This document shows positions 8,113 to 18,266 of a stretch of DNA of 64,000 bases, one piece after another. The notes beneath the pieces are model-generated. The model worked only from the letters and a program-made list of their open reading frames with translations. It had not been told where the DNA came from and searched no databases. The position numbers and the translations under genes are program-made. Numbering within the stretch: position 1 is the stretch's first letter; each line of letters begins with the position of its first letter. The DNA is from Acutalibacteraceae bacterium (lineage in GTDB: Bacteria > Bacillota > Clostridia > Oscillospirales > Acutalibacteraceae): positions 23,450 to 87,449 of the forward strand of contig JAZRBF010000013.1 in NCBI GenBank assembly GCA_045634985.1. Reading direction: 5' to 3'.

Positions 8113-9336
8113 ATGAAGAAAACAGTCAAAATTCTCGCACTCGTTCTCTCTCTCATTCTTGCTGCTACCTGCGTATTCTCACTTGCAGGCTGCAACAAAG
8201 AAAACCCCGACACACCCGACGCACCCGCAGATGAACTCAAGGTAGGATTCATCTTCCTTCACGACGAAAACTCAACCTACGATAAAAACTTTATCGTTGC
8301 TGCTGAAGCTGCTTGCCAGGAACTCGGCGTTGAGTACATCATGAAGAAGAACATTCCCGAAACAGCAGAATGCCAAGAAGCTGCAGAAGACCTTGTTGAC
8401 CAGGGTTGTGACATCATCTTCGCTGACAGTTTCGGTCACGAAAGCTACATGATCGAAGTTGCAAAGGAATATCCCGAAGTTCAGTTCTGCCACGCTACAG
8501 GCACAAGAGCTCACACAGAGGGTCTTGCTAACTACAGCAACGCTTTCGCATCAATCTACCAGGGCAGATATCTTGCAGGTATCGCTGCAGGTATGAAGCT
8601 CAACGAAATGATCGCTGCAGGTAAATTCACTGCTGAAGAAGCAAAGATGGGTTATGTTGGTGCATACACCTATGCAGAGGTTATCTCCGGTTACACATCA
8701 TTCTACCTTGGCGCAAAGTCGGTTTGCCCCACAGTCACAATGGATGTTCAGTTCACAGGCTCATGGTACGACGAAGCTGCTGAAAAAGAAGCTGCTACAG
8801 CTCTTATCAACGCAGGTTGCAAGCTCATCAGCCAGCACGCTGACTCAATGGGCGCTCCCTCCGCTTGCGAAAACGCAGGTATCCCCAATGTTTCATACAA
8901 CGGCAGCACACAGGCAGCTTGTCCCACCACATTCATCGTTTCCTCAAGAATCGACTGGACACCTTACTTCAAGCACATCATTGATTGCGTGAAGAACGAC
9001 AAGGACATCGAAGACGACTGGACAGGCACACTCGAAACAGGCTCAGTTGTTCTCACAGATGTTAACACAGCAGTTGCTGCAGAAGGCACAATAGAAGCTA
9101 TCGCTGACGCAAAGGCAAAGCTCATCAGCGGCGAAATCAATGTATTTGATACAGCTACATTCACAAAGGATGGCGCTCCCCTCGCTTCTCACCTTGCAGA
9201 TGTTAACACAGACGAAGCATACACACCTGATACAGAAGTTATCGCTGACGGTTACTTCCACGAATCCGAATATCGTTCAGCTCCTTACTTCGACATTCAG
9301 ATTGACGGCATCAACCTTCTCAACACAAAGTTCTGA
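8113..9336 (+). CDS. BMP-family ABC substrate-binding lipoprotein (purine/nucleoside)
   Basis: Lipobox 'SLAGC'; BMP motifs 'IIFADSFG', 'TGSWYD', 'SQHADS'. Confidence 0.9.
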   Translation: MKKTVKILALVLSLILAATCVFSLAGCNKENPDTPDAPADELKVGFIFLHDENSTYDKNFIVAAEAACQELGVEYIMKKNIPETAECQEAAEDLVDQGCDIIFADSFGHESYMIEVAKEYPEVQFCHATGTRAHTEGLANYSNAFASIYQGRYLAGIAAGMKLNEMIAAGKFTAEEAKMGYVGAYTYAEVISGYTSFYLGAKSVCPTVTMDVQFTGSWYDEAAEKEAATALINAGCKLISQHADSMGAPSACENAGIPNVSYNGSTQAACPTTFIVSSRIDWTPYFKHIIDCVKNDKDIEDDWTGTLETGSVVLTDVNTAVAAEGTIEAIADAKAKLISGEINVFDTATFTKDGAPLASHLADVNTDEAYTPDTEVIADGYFHESEYRSAPYFDIQIDGINLLNTKF

Positions 9337-9357
9337 TTTCAGAATAACTCAATAATC

Positions 9358-9395
9358 AAAGGCGGAGCTTCGCGCTCCGCCTATACCCTTTTTTA
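9358..9395 (+). terminator. Intergenic hairpin after the binding-protein gene (partial terminator or mRNA stabiliser)
   Basis: AGGCGGAGC-TTCGC-GCTCCGCCT followed by a T run. Confidence 0.6.
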
Positions 9396-9466
9396 TGAGT
9401 TAATTTTCAAAAGTGTTCTGAACAGATTTCAGCATAGTTTTGAAAATTAAAACAGGAGGTATCGAA

Positions 9467-11002
9467 TTGGGAACACCTGCTATTGAATTAAAAAATATCA
9501 CCAAAACTTTCGGCCCGATTGTTGCCAACAAGGATGTTTGTCTTACCGTCAACAAGGGTGAGATTCTTTCCATCCTCGGTGAAAACGGAAGCGGCAAAAC
9601 CACACTTATGAATATGATTTCGGGTATTTATTATCCCGACCACGGTCATATCTATATCGACGGCAATGAGGTGCTTATCCGTTCACCCAAGGATGCATTC
9701 AAATACAAAATCGGTATGATTCATCAGCATTTTAAACTTGTTGATGTTTTCTCGGCAACTGAAAATATCGTTCTCGGACTTAAGGACGAAGGTAAATTCA
9801 GCCTCAAAGAATCAGAAAAGAAAATCCGCGAAATCACAGCGCAGTATGGTTTCGAACTTGATCCTGCAAAGAAAATCCACGAGATGTCAGTTTCCGAAAA
9901 ACAGACAGTTGAAATCATCAAGGTGCTTTACAGAGGTGCTGATATTCTTATTCTTGACGAACCTACAGCCGTTCTTACTCCCCAGGAAACAAAGAAGCTT
10001 TTTGCAGTTCTTCGCAATATGCGTGACAGCGGCAAAGCTATTATCATCATTACTCACAAGCTTCACGAAGTGCTTTCCCTTTCAGACAGAGTTTCTGTTC
10101 TCCGCAAGGGTGAATATATCGGAACAGTCAACACATCCGAAACAAGCGAAGCCGAGCTTACCGAAATGATGGTCGGCAAAAAGATTGAGCTTAATATCAA
10201 CCGCACAAAGGTTGAAGAAACTCCCGACAGACTTGAAATCAAAAACATCTCCTGCATCAACAGAGACGGTGTTACTCTGCTTAACAATGTTACCTTCACT
10301 GTCCGCGCAGGTGAAATTCTCGGTATTGCAGGTATTGCGGGCAGCGGTCAGAGAGAGCTTCTTGAATCAATCGCAGGTCTGCAGAAACTTAACGGCGGCG
10401 AAATTCTTTATCACGACCCCGCAACAGGATACGTGGAAAACCTCCGTGATAAATCCCCTCTTAAAATCAAAGAGCTTGGTGTGCGCCTTTCCTTCGTTCC
10501 CGAAGACAGACTCGGTATGGGTCTTGTTGGTAATATGGATATTATCGACAATATGCTTCTCCGAAGCTACAGAAAAGGCAAAACAGCTTTCCTTGAAAGA
10601 AAGAAACCGAAAGACCTTGCTAACAAAATTATTGAAGAGCTTGAGGTTGTCACTCCCAGCGCAAAAACTCCTGTTCGCCGTCTTTCAGGCGGTAATGTTC
10701 AGAAGGTACTTGTCGGCAGAGAAATCGCCGCAGCTCCCACCGTACTTATGGTTGCTTACCCCGTAAGAGGTCTTGATATCAACTCCTCTTATCTCATTTA
10801 TAATCTTCTTAACAAACAGAAGGAAAGCGGCGTTGCTGTTATCTTCGTTGGCGAAGACCTTGATGTATTGCTCGAACTTTGCGACAGAATTATGGTCATC
10901 AATTCCGGTAAAATCACAGGCATAGTTGACGCTGAAGAAGCAACAAAAGAAGGTATCGGTCTTCTTATGACAAAAAATGACGGAGGTGAAAGCAATGAGT
11001 AA
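9467..11002 (+). CDS. Nucleoside ABC transporter ATPase (tandem NBD, NupA-like)
   Basis: Walker A 'GENGSGKT', 'ILDEPT', 'LSGGNVQK'. TTG start after GGAGG. Confidence 0.92.
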   Translation: MGTPAIELKNITKTFGPIVANKDVCLTVNKGEILSILGENGSGKTTLMNMISGIYYPDHGHIYIDGNEVLIRSPKDAFKYKIGMIHQHFKLVDVFSATENIVLGLKDEGKFSLKESEKKIREITAQYGFELDPAKKIHEMSVSEKQTVEIIKVLYRGADILILDEPTAVLTPQETKKLFAVLRNMRDSGKAIIIITHKLHEVLSLSDRVSVLRKGEYIGTVNTSETSEAELTEMMVGKKIELNINRTKVEETPDRLEIKNISCINRDGVTLLNNVTFTVRAGEILGIAGIAGSGQRELLESIAGLQKLNGGEILYHDPATGYVENLRDKSPLKIKELGVRLSFVPEDRLGMGLVGNMDIIDNMLLRSYRKGKTAFLERKKPKDLANKIIEELEVVTPSAKTPVRRLSGGNVQKVLVGREIAAAPTVLMVAYPVRGLDINSSYLIYNLLNKQKESGVAVIFVGEDLDVLLELCDRIMVINSGKITGIVDAEEATKEGIGLLMTKNDGGESNE

Positions 11003-12110
11003 TCCCGCAACCAAAAACCGTGAGCCTCTTTTTCATATTGTCAAAAGACCTGCGATTCCGATGTGGCAATCATTGCTCATCCGAGCAGGTGCTATTATCG
11101 CGGCACTTATCGTTGCCGGTGTGATTACATATTTCTTCACAGGTCTTAACCCTCTTAATGTTTACTCAACAATGATCGAGGGCGCAATCGGAACAGAGAA
11201 AAGATTCTGGAACCTCCTTCAGGGTATTGCTCTTCTTCTCTGCGTCTCACTTGCCGTTACTCCTGCTTTCAAAATGAAGTTTTGGAATATCGGCGCTGAA
11301 GGTCAGGCTCTTATGGGCGGTCTTGCAGCAGCTCTTTGTATGATTCTTCTGAGCAACAAACTCAGCGGCGGTATGCTTATGCTCGTAATGATTGCAACAA
11401 GTATCGTGCTTGGTGCGGTATGGGCGCTTATTCCTGCAATATTCAAAGCAAAATGGAACACAAACGAAACTCTTTTCACCCTGATGATGAACTACATTGC
11501 TACACAGATTGTTTCATATTTTTCTTACAAATATTCTGTTCCCAAGGGCTCGGGAAGCATCGGCATCATCAACAGCTCAACAAAGCTTGGTTGGTTCCCC
11601 TCAATTCTTGATCAGAAGTATCTTCTTAATATTATTATTGTTACTGTTCTTACAATTCTTCTTTATATTTATCTCAAGCACAGCAAACACGGATATGAAA
11701 TTTCCGTTGTAGGCGAAAGCGAAAACACCGCAAAATACATCGGCATCAATGTTAAAAAAGTTATCATCCGCACAATGATTCTTTCAGGTGCAATCTGCGG
11801 TATCGCAGGTCTTCTTATGGTCGCAGGTACAGACCACACAATTTCAACAGGAACTGTCGGCGGCAGAGGTTTCACCGCAATTATGGTTTCCTGGCTTGCA
11901 AAATTCAATCCGATTATGATGTTCCTTACCTCATTCCTGATTGTTTTCCTTGAAAAAGGCGCAATCGCGATTTCATCGGAATTTGACCTCAACAACTCAT
12001 TCTCCGATATAATCACAGGTATTATCATTTTCTTCATTATCGGCAGCGAATTCTTTATCAATTATTCAATCAAATTCAGAGAATCTGACAAGGAGGGTAA
12101 AAGCAAATGA
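10995..12110 (+). CDS. Nucleoside ABC transporter permease 1
   Basis: 'WNIGAEGQ' motif, multiple TM helices, operon context. Confidence 0.9.
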   Translation: MSNPATKNREPLFHIVKRPAIPMWQSLLIRAGAIIAALIVAGVITYFFTGLNPLNVYSTMIEGAIGTEKRFWNLLQGIALLLCVSLAVTPAFKMKFWNIGAEGQALMGGLAAALCMILLSNKLSGGMLMLVMIATSIVLGAVWALIPAIFKAKWNTNETLFTLMMNYIATQIVSYFSYKYSVPKGSGSIGIINSSTKLGWFPSILDQKYLLNIIIVTVLTILLYIYLKHSKHGYEISVVGESENTAKYIGINVKKVIIRTMILSGAICGIAGLLMVAGTDHTISTGTVGGRGFTAIMVSWLAKFNPIMMFLTSFLIVFLEKGAIAISSEFDLNNSFSDIITGIIIFFIIGSEFFINYSIKFRESDKEGKSK

Positions 12111-13084
12111 TAGTATCATTCATTCAGCGTGCAATTATGCAAGGCATTCCCCTTCTTTACGGTTCAACAGGTGAAATCATAACCGAAAAAAGCGGTCATC
12201 TCAACCTCGGTATTCCCGGAATAATGTATGTCGGTGCTATTTCAGGCGTTATCGGCGCTTTCCTTTATGAGCAGAATACAGAAACCGTAAATCCCATTCT
12301 TGCAGTTATGATTCCGCTTCTCTCGTCGATTATCGGATCTCTTCTTATGGGTCTTATCTATTGTGTACTTACAGTTACCCTTCACTCAAATCAGAATGTT
12401 ACGGGTCTTGCACTCACAACCTTCGGTGTCGGTTTCGGTAACTTCTTCGGCGGCTCACTCATCAAGCTCACAAACAGTGACACACCCTCAATCGCACTCG
12501 TTGAAACAAGCCGTTATTTCAAAACCGCTCTCCCCTTTGCGGACAAGCTCGGAGCAATCGGCGAACTGTTTTTCTCATACAGCTTCCTTGCTTATGCAGC
12601 GATTATTATTGCTATCGTTTCTGCAATCATTCTCAGCAAAACAAGAATAGGTCTGCATCTGAGAGCAATCGGCGAAAACCCCGCAACAGCTGATGCCGCA
12701 GGTATCAATGTTGACAGATACAAATATGTTGCAACCTGCATCGGCAGCGTTATCGCAGGTCTTGGCGGTCTTTACTATGTTATGGACTATGCGGACGGCA
12801 TCTGGTCAAACAACGCATTCGGTGACAGAGGTTGGCTTGCAATCGCACTTGTTATTTTTGCAGTTTGGAAACCCAATATGAGCATAATCGGCTCAATTCT
12901 TTTTGGCGGTCTTCTTATTGCTTACAACTACATTCCCAATCTTTCGTTTGAACAGGTTGAGCTTATCAAAATGATGCCTTATGTTGTTACAATACTTGTT
13001 CTGATTATCATCAGTATGAGAAACAAGAAGGAAAATCAGCCTCCTGCAAGTCTTGGTATTCCCTATTTCAGAGAAGACAGATAA
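12107..13084 (+). CDS. Nucleoside ABC transporter permease 2
   Basis: 'EKSGHLNLG', 'GENPATADAAGINV', 'RGWLAIALV'. Confidence 0.9.
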   Translation: MIVSFIQRAIMQGIPLLYGSTGEIITEKSGHLNLGIPGIMYVGAISGVIGAFLYEQNTETVNPILAVMIPLLSSIIGSLLMGLIYCVLTVTLHSNQNVTGLALTTFGVGFGNFFGGSLIKLTNSDTPSIALVETSRYFKTALPFADKLGAIGELFFSYSFLAYAAIIIAIVSAIILSKTRIGLHLRAIGENPATADAAGINVDRYKYVATCIGSVIAGLGGLYYVMDYADGIWSNNAFGDRGWLAIALVIFAVWKPNMSIIGSILFGGLLIAYNYIPNLSFEQVELIKMMPYVVTILVLIIISMRNKKENQPPASLGIPYFREDR

Positions 13085-13090
13085 ACTATC

Positions 13091-13126
13091 GGCTCTGCGG
13101 TCATTAGCCGCAGGGCCTTTATTTTT
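13091..13126 (+). terminator. Intrinsic terminator of the xpt-ABC operon
   Basis: GGCTCTGCGG...CCGCAGGGCC followed by TTTATTTTT. Confidence 0.75.
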
Positions 13127-13156
13127 GTAATAAAAACCTCTCCGTTTTCATAAGAT
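13127..13156 (+). promoter_or_regulatory. SigmaE-like promoter of spoIIID
   Basis: ATA (13130-13132), 16 nt, CATAAGAT (13149-13156) fits the sigmaE consensus. spoIIID is sigmaE-controlled in model spore formers. Confidence 0.55.
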
Positions 13157-13187
13157 TTATAAGAACATCTTAATCGGAGGGTTTGAT

Positions 13188-13433
13188 TTGAAAAACACAG
13201 TTGAACACAGAGCCATTGAGCTTGCTGAATATATTATCGAAAACAATGCAACCGTCAGATCTGCGGCAAAAAGATTCGGAATTTCAAAAAGCACCGTACA
13301 TATGGATATTACCAAAAGGCTGAAACATTCAAATCCTCTGCTTTATATTTCCGTCAGAAAAGTGCTCGACATCAACAAAGCAGAAAGACATATCCGAGGT
13401 GGTCTTGCAACAAAAGAAAAATATTCAAAATAG
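13188..13433 (+). CDS. spoIIID: Stage III sporulation transcriptional regulator
   Basis: 'ATVRSAAKRFGISKSTVHMD' and 'NKAERHIRGGLATKEKY'. Confidence 0.95.
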   Translation: MKNTVEHRAIELAEYIIENNATVRSAAKRFGISKSTVHMDITKRLKHSNPLLYISVRKVLDINKAERHIRGGLATKEKYSK

Positions 13434-13517
13434 CATTGAATAGTGTTGAATTTAATAACAGAATATGATAAAATTATCAAGAATAAGGGTTTATCCCGAC
13501 GGAAAGGACCGATAAAT

Positions 13518-14531
13518 ATGGAACAGCTCAGAATTGGTATCATCGGCGCCGGCAGAATCGGTTATGTTCACGCAAAGTCAATCACTTATAACGTACCCAC
13601 AGCCGTTGTTGCAGGTATCACCGATGTTTACAGAGCAAATGCGGAAAAGGTTGCCGCAGAGCTCAACATCTCCAAGATTTACGCAGATTATAAAGAAATG
13701 CTCGCAGACCCCGAGGTTGACGCAGTTCTTGTTTGCTCATCAACTGACACTCACGCTGATATTGCTATTGAAGCAGCTCAGGCAGGCAAGCACATCTTCT
13801 GCGAAAAGCCCGTTGACCTCACACCCGAGAAGGTTAATGCTGTTATCGACGCAGTTGCAAAGGCAGGCGTTAAGCTTCAGGTTGGTTTCAACAGACGCTT
13901 TGACCATAACTTTGCCGCTGTAAGAGCAATGGTTAACGACGGCAAAATCGGTGATGTTCACATCATCAAAATCACATCAAGAGACCCTGCTCCCCCTCCG
14001 GCAGAATATTCGGCTGTCAGCGGCGGTATGTTCCTTGATATGACAATTCACGATTTCGATATGGCTCGCTTCCTTGCAGGCAGCGAAGTAACAGAAGTTT
14101 ATGCAAACGCAACTTGCCTTGTTGACCCCGCTATCGGTGAAGCAGGTGACGTTGATACAGCGGTTATCAGCCTTAAGTTTGAAAACGGCGCAGTAGGCGT
14201 TATCGATAACAGCCGCAGAGCTGCTTACGGTTATGACCAGAGAATCGAAGTTTTCGGCAGCAAGGGTGCAGCCGCAGCTTCAAATGACACACCCACAAAT
14301 GTTGTATTTATGGGCGAAGAAGGCGTTGTTGCTGATAAGCCTCTCTATTTCTTCCTTGAAAGATATATGCAGTCATTCAGAGATGAAATGCTTCAGTTTG
14401 TTGATGCAGTACTCAATGATAAGGAAACTCCCACAACAGGCGCTGACGGTCTTAACTCAATCCTTGTTGCTCTTGCAGCAAAGAAATCAGTTGCAGAAGG
14501 CAGACCTGTTCAGCTTTCCGAAATGATGTAA
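13518..14531 (+). CDS. iolG: myo-inositol 2-dehydrogenase (Gfo/Idh/MocA family)
   Basis: 'GIIGAGRIG', 'CEKP', 'VGFNRRFD', 'SRDP', 'DMTIHDFD', 'YGYDQRIEVFG'. Confidence 0.88.
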   Translation: MEQLRIGIIGAGRIGYVHAKSITYNVPTAVVAGITDVYRANAEKVAAELNISKIYADYKEMLADPEVDAVLVCSSTDTHADIAIEAAQAGKHIFCEKPVDLTPEKVNAVIDAVAKAGVKLQVGFNRRFDHNFAAVRAMVNDGKIGDVHIIKITSRDPAPPPAEYSAVSGGMFLDMTIHDFDMARFLAGSEVTEVYANATCLVDPAIGEAGDVDTAVISLKFENGAVGVIDNSRRAAYGYDQRIEVFGSKGAAAASNDTPTNVVFMGEEGVVADKPLYFFLERYMQSFRDEMLQFVDAVLNDKETPTTGADGLNSILVALAAKKSVAEGRPVQLSEMM

Positions 14532-14535
14532 ACAC

Positions 14536-14569
14536 AAAAACTCCGATGAATTAAGCTTCATCGGAGTTT
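14536..14569 (+). terminator. Hairpin between iolG and the GDPD gene
   Basis: AAACTCCGATGAA...TTCATCGGAGTTT. Confidence 0.6.
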
Positions 14570-14589
14570 GAATTTAGGAAGGAAATATA

Positions 14590-15588
14590 ATGATTATTTT
14601 GAAAATTGTTATCACGGTTATTGCTGTTGCTCTGCTCATTGCGTTAACACTGTTCGGAATTCTGGTTGCAGGTCTTATCAACTTCAAGAAGCCGGGAAAA
14701 GGCGCTCAGCAGGAAAAGACAAATCCGCATATCACAAAAGACGGAGAAACACTTGTTGCAGCTCACCGCTCAGGCGCAGGTATTGCTCCTGAAAACACTC
14801 TTATGGCATTTCAACATTGTCTCGGAAGCAAAGATTTCTATGTTGATATCTATGAATTCGACCTTGCTCTTACAAAGGACAACCGTCTTATCCTGCTTCA
14901 CGATGACACTCTTGACAGAACAACAAATGCCTGCGAGCATTTTGCAAGCAAGGACATTGAGCCTAAAACAAAAACTCTTGCAGAGCTTCGCGAACTTAAT
15001 TTCGGCGAAAACTTCTGCGACAAAAACGGCAACTACCCTTACAGAGGCCTTCGCGGCATGGATATTCCCGACAACCTCCGAGCCGTAACTATTGAAGAGG
15101 TTCTTGACCTGCTCGAAAGCGTAAAAGAATACAGATATATCATCGAACTCAAGGATCCGGGAGAGCAAGGATTCAAAGCCTGCGAAGAGCTTTACAGAAT
15201 TCTCAAGGAAAGAAATATGCTTGAGAGAGTTTCTGTAGGTACATTCAATAACGAAGTTGCAAAATATGCAACAAAGCATCATCCCGACCTTATCCGTTCA
15301 GGCTCTCCTTTTGAAATTTTCCTCTATTACCTTTGCGTTATTACCAATTTCAAAATCAAGCCCACAACTTTCGGCTTTACCGTTCTTCATATTCCCAACG
15401 AAAGATATCCGGGAATCAGACTCGGCACAAAAAGGCTGGTTGAATATTCCCACAGAAATAACATCGCTGTTCAATTCTGGACAATCAATGACACCTGGGA
15501 GATGGATTATCTTCACCAGCTCAATGCCGATGCAATTATGACAGATACCCCTGATGTTGCCTACAAGGTTTTCAATTCAAGAGATTGA
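14590..15588 (+). CDS. Membrane-anchored glycerophosphodiester phosphodiesterase (GDPD)
   Basis: N-terminal TM helix; 'AHRSG...APENTL', 'EFD', 'HDDTLDRTT', 'WTIND', 'IMTDTP'. Confidence 0.9.
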   Translation: MIILKIVITVIAVALLIALTLFGILVAGLINFKKPGKGAQQEKTNPHITKDGETLVAAHRSGAGIAPENTLMAFQHCLGSKDFYVDIYEFDLALTKDNRLILLHDDTLDRTTNACEHFASKDIEPKTKTLAELRELNFGENFCDKNGNYPYRGLRGMDIPDNLRAVTIEEVLDLLESVKEYRYIIELKDPGEQGFKACEELYRILKERNMLERVSVGTFNNEVAKYATKHHPDLIRSGSPFEIFLYYLCVITNFKIKPTTFGFTVLHIPNERYPGIRLGTKRLVEYSHRNNIAVQFWTINDTWEMDYLHQLNADAIMTDTPDVAYKVFNSRD

Positions 15589-16089
15589 TTCATTTTCTTT
15601 CAAAGTCAGTCCTGACTCCCTTTCCGGTGCAAAGCGCTTGTTTTCAACGCTGAAAAACGTTCCGTTTTCTGTTTGAGAAAAAGCATAGCTGTACCACAGA
15701 GTTTCATAATATGAAAAATAACCCCCATCAGTAATGCTCTGAAAAACGGCTTCAATATCCTCATCGGGAGCAAAAACCAACAGAACATCTTTCGCAAAAC
15801 TCAACAAACATTCCGCCTTGTCTGCACCACTGCAGGCAAGGCTTATTTTTTGCAATCTCCCCTGCAAATCCGATTTCATCTCAAGCGCAAAACGATTGCC
15901 TGCAATGTCATTCACAAACACAACGGATTTATCATCCTCGAAAAAAATTTCATCAATTTCCGAGCGATAATCGGGAAATTTCTCTGAAAATCTTGTGAGA
16001 AAAAGTTGAGAATTTATCTCCTTCTGAATGGTACACGAGCAAAGAAACAAAAGAAAAAACGCAGTCAGCGGTATAATTTTTTTCATCAT
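15577..16089 (-). CDS. Hypothetical lipoprotein
   Basis: MKKII + hydrophobic stretch + 'LCSC' lipobox-like motif; RBS AGGCGG. Its 3' end overlaps the convergent GDPD gene. Confidence 0.6.
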   Translation of the reverse strand: MMKKIIPLTAFFLLFLCSCTIQKEINSQLFLTRFSEKFPDYRSEIDEIFFEDDKSVVFVNDIAGNRFALEMKSDLQGRLQKISLACSGADKAECLLSFAKDVLLVFAPDEDIEAVFQSITDGGYFSYYETLWYSYAFSQTENGTFFSVENKRFAPERESGLTLKENESIS

Positions 16090-16100
16090 CGCACCGCCTG

Positions 16101-16514
16101 TCAATATTTGATTTTTTGTTTTATATTTGCTGCAACAACGCCGCCGATTGCCCCACCAATAACGCTTGCAACAACAACCAGAATCAAGCCCTTTCCGACA
16201 TTGCCTTCATTGACAATTGCAAGAATGATATCGCTTATAATCGCTTCAATCGCACCTGTCAACGCGCCGCTTGCGAGCGCATTCTTTTTGTGCTTACAAA
16301 CCGCCGCAAATCCTGCCGCAAAAGAAGATATTACTGCCGCCGCAAGACCCACAGGCAAATAGAATCCATTTCCAAAAGCCATTTTCAATTCTGCAAAAGA
16401 AAACAGAATCAGCTCAAGAAAATACAAAGATGCACCAATAACCGAGCAAAGACCGATTCTTTTTATCGGAATTATTCCGCTGTCATTTTCTCGTCTCTTT
16501 TTCTTTTCAGGCAT
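16101..16514 (-). CDS. TIGR04086/YrzE-like 4-TM membrane protein
   Basis: Four hydrophobic helices with a Gly-rich last helix 'IGGAIGGVVAAN'; this family typically follows yajC. Confidence 0.65.
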   Translation of the reverse strand: MPEKKKRRENDSGIIPIKRIGLCSVIGASLYFLELILFSFAELKMAFGNGFYLPVGLAAAVISSFAAGFAAVCKHKKNALASGALTGAIEAIISDIILAIVNEGNVGKGLILVVVASVIGGAIGGVVAANIKQKIKY

Positions 16515-16545
16515 AAAAAAACTCCCCTCATATTACCGATAATCA

Positions 16546-16574
16546 ATAATATGAAGAGAGATTTTATTTTATTC
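16546..16574 (-). promoter_or_regulatory. SigmaE-like promoter upstream of the TIGR04086 gene
   Basis: GAATA, 16 nt, CATATTAT on the minus strand. Confidence 0.4.
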
Positions 16575-16578
16575 GGAA

Positions 16579-17043
16579 TCAGGAATCGAAAGTATCGTCC
16601 TTTTTCTTTGTCTTCTTGCGTCTTGCCTTGCTCTTATCTGCTGCCTCTTCCATTCTTGCCTTCTTTTCAGCTTCTGCAGCCTCTGCAGCTGCCTTTCTTT
16701 CAGCCTCAGCCTTTTCCATAGCTGTGTTGTTGGTTGAGATAGCCCACTTTGCAATCTTCATCTTGTTTCTGTCAGCACCTGTTTCGATAACAAGAGTGTC
16801 TTCCTTAACGGTAACAACTCTGCCCATGATGCCGCCGATTGTTGTGATTTCATCACCAATCTGAACGTTATCGCGCTTTTCCTGCTCTTCCTTCTGCTTT
16901 TTCTTCTGTGAGCGGTTAGTGAAGAACATCATAGCAACCATAACAACTACCATAATGATAATGGGAGTTGAACCCATTGAACTTGTTGAAGTGCCTGATG
17001 CGGCGCTGCTTGTTGCAGGCATTAAAAGTGAGAGAAAATCCAT
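16579..17043 (-). CDS. yajC: Preprotein translocase subunit YajC
   Basis: TM helix then 'QKKKQKE...IGDEITTIGGIMGRVV'; follows tgt. Confidence 0.9.
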   Translation of the reverse strand: MDFLSLLMPATSSAASGTSTSSMGSTPIIIMVVVMVAMMFFTNRSQKKKQKEEQEKRDNVQIGDEITTIGGIMGRVVTVKEDTLVIETGADRNKMKIAKWAISTNNTAMEKAEAERKAAAEAAEAEKKARMEEAADKSKARRKKTKKKDDTFDS

Positions 17044-17117
17044 AAAAAGTTACCTCCAAAACATAATGTTAAAAGTATACATTATTTCAGCTTATAATGC
17101 AATAGTTTTTCGAAAAT

Positions 17118-18248
17118 TTATATTCTTGTATCGTATAAATCAACGTATTTCGCTCTGAATTCGTCAAAAGTTCCGTTATCAAGACTGTCACGGATTCTTT
17201 CCATAAGCGTATTATAGAAATAAAGGTTATGAATAACACAAAGGCGCATCGCAAGCATTTCCTTTGCCTTGAAAAGATGACGGATATATGACCTTGAAAA
17301 ACTTCTGCAAGCAGGGCAATCACATTCGGGGTCAATTGGCAGAGGGTCTTTCTCATATTTTTTATTATTAAGATTGATGATACCCTTCTGAGTGAAAAGA
17401 TGACCGTGGCGAGCGTTTCTGCTTGGCATAACGCAGTCAAAAAGGTCAACGCCTCTGTATACCGCTTCGATAATATTGCCGGGTGTACCTACGCCCATCA
17501 GATATCTGATTTTATCCGCAGGCATATGCGGTTCAACGGCTGAAATGATTCGGTACATATCCTCTTTCGGTTCACCGACAGCAAGACCGCCGATTGCGTA
17601 ACCATCAAGGTCAAGCTCTGCAATCTTCTTCATATTTTCAACACGAAGATCGTCATATGTGCTGCCCTGATTGATGCCGAAAAGAAGCTGATTCGGGTTG
17701 ACTGTATCGGGCAGAGAATTGAGCCTTGCCATCTCCGCTTTACAGCGTTCAAGCCAGCGGACTGTTCTTTCGCAGGACAGTTTGGCGTACTTATATTCTG
17801 CAGGATTCTCAACACATTCATCGAATGCCATAGCAATTGTTGAACCGAGATTTGACTGAATCTGCATACTTTCTTCAGGACCCATAAAAATATGTCTGCC
17901 GTCAACATGTGACTGGAAGAAAACGCCTTCTTCCTTGATTGTGCGAAGCTTTGCAAGGGAAAAAACCTGAAAACCGCCGCTGTCGGTAAGAATAGGGCCG
18001 TTCCAATTTGTAAACTTATGAAGACCTCCCATTTCGCGCACAAGTGCATCACCGGGTCTTACATGGAGGTGATAAGTATTTGAAAGCATAACCTGACAAC
18101 CGATTTCCTTGAGGTCATCAGCCGAAAGTGCTCCCTTGATTGCGCCGCAAGTGGCAACATTCATAAACGCAGGAGTCTGCACCGTTCCGTGAACCGTTGT
18201 GAACTCGCCCCTTCTTGCATTGCCTTGTTTTTTGATAAGTTTATACAT
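17118..18248 (-). CDS. tgt: tRNA-guanine transglycosylase
   Basis: 'NTYHL', 'TDSGGFQVFSL', 'GGLAVGE', 'YLMGVG', Zn motif 'CDCPAC'. Confidence 0.97.
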   Translation of the reverse strand: MYKLIKKQGNARRGEFTTVHGTVQTPAFMNVATCGAIKGALSADDLKEIGCQVMLSNTYHLHVRPGDALVREMGGLHKFTNWNGPILTDSGGFQVFSLAKLRTIKEEGVFFQSHVDGRHIFMGPEESMQIQSNLGSTIAMAFDECVENPAEYKYAKLSCERTVRWLERCKAEMARLNSLPDTVNPNQLLFGINQGSTYDDLRVENMKKIAELDLDGYAIGGLAVGEPKEDMYRIISAVEPHMPADKIRYLMGVGTPGNIIEAVYRGVDLFDCVMPSRNARHGHLFTQKGIINLNNKKYEKDPLPIDPECDCPACRSFSRSYIRHLFKAKEMLAMRLCVIHNLYFYNTLMERIRDSLDNGTFDEFRAKYVDLYDTRI

Positions 18249-18266
18249 TATGTTCTCCGTTATAAT

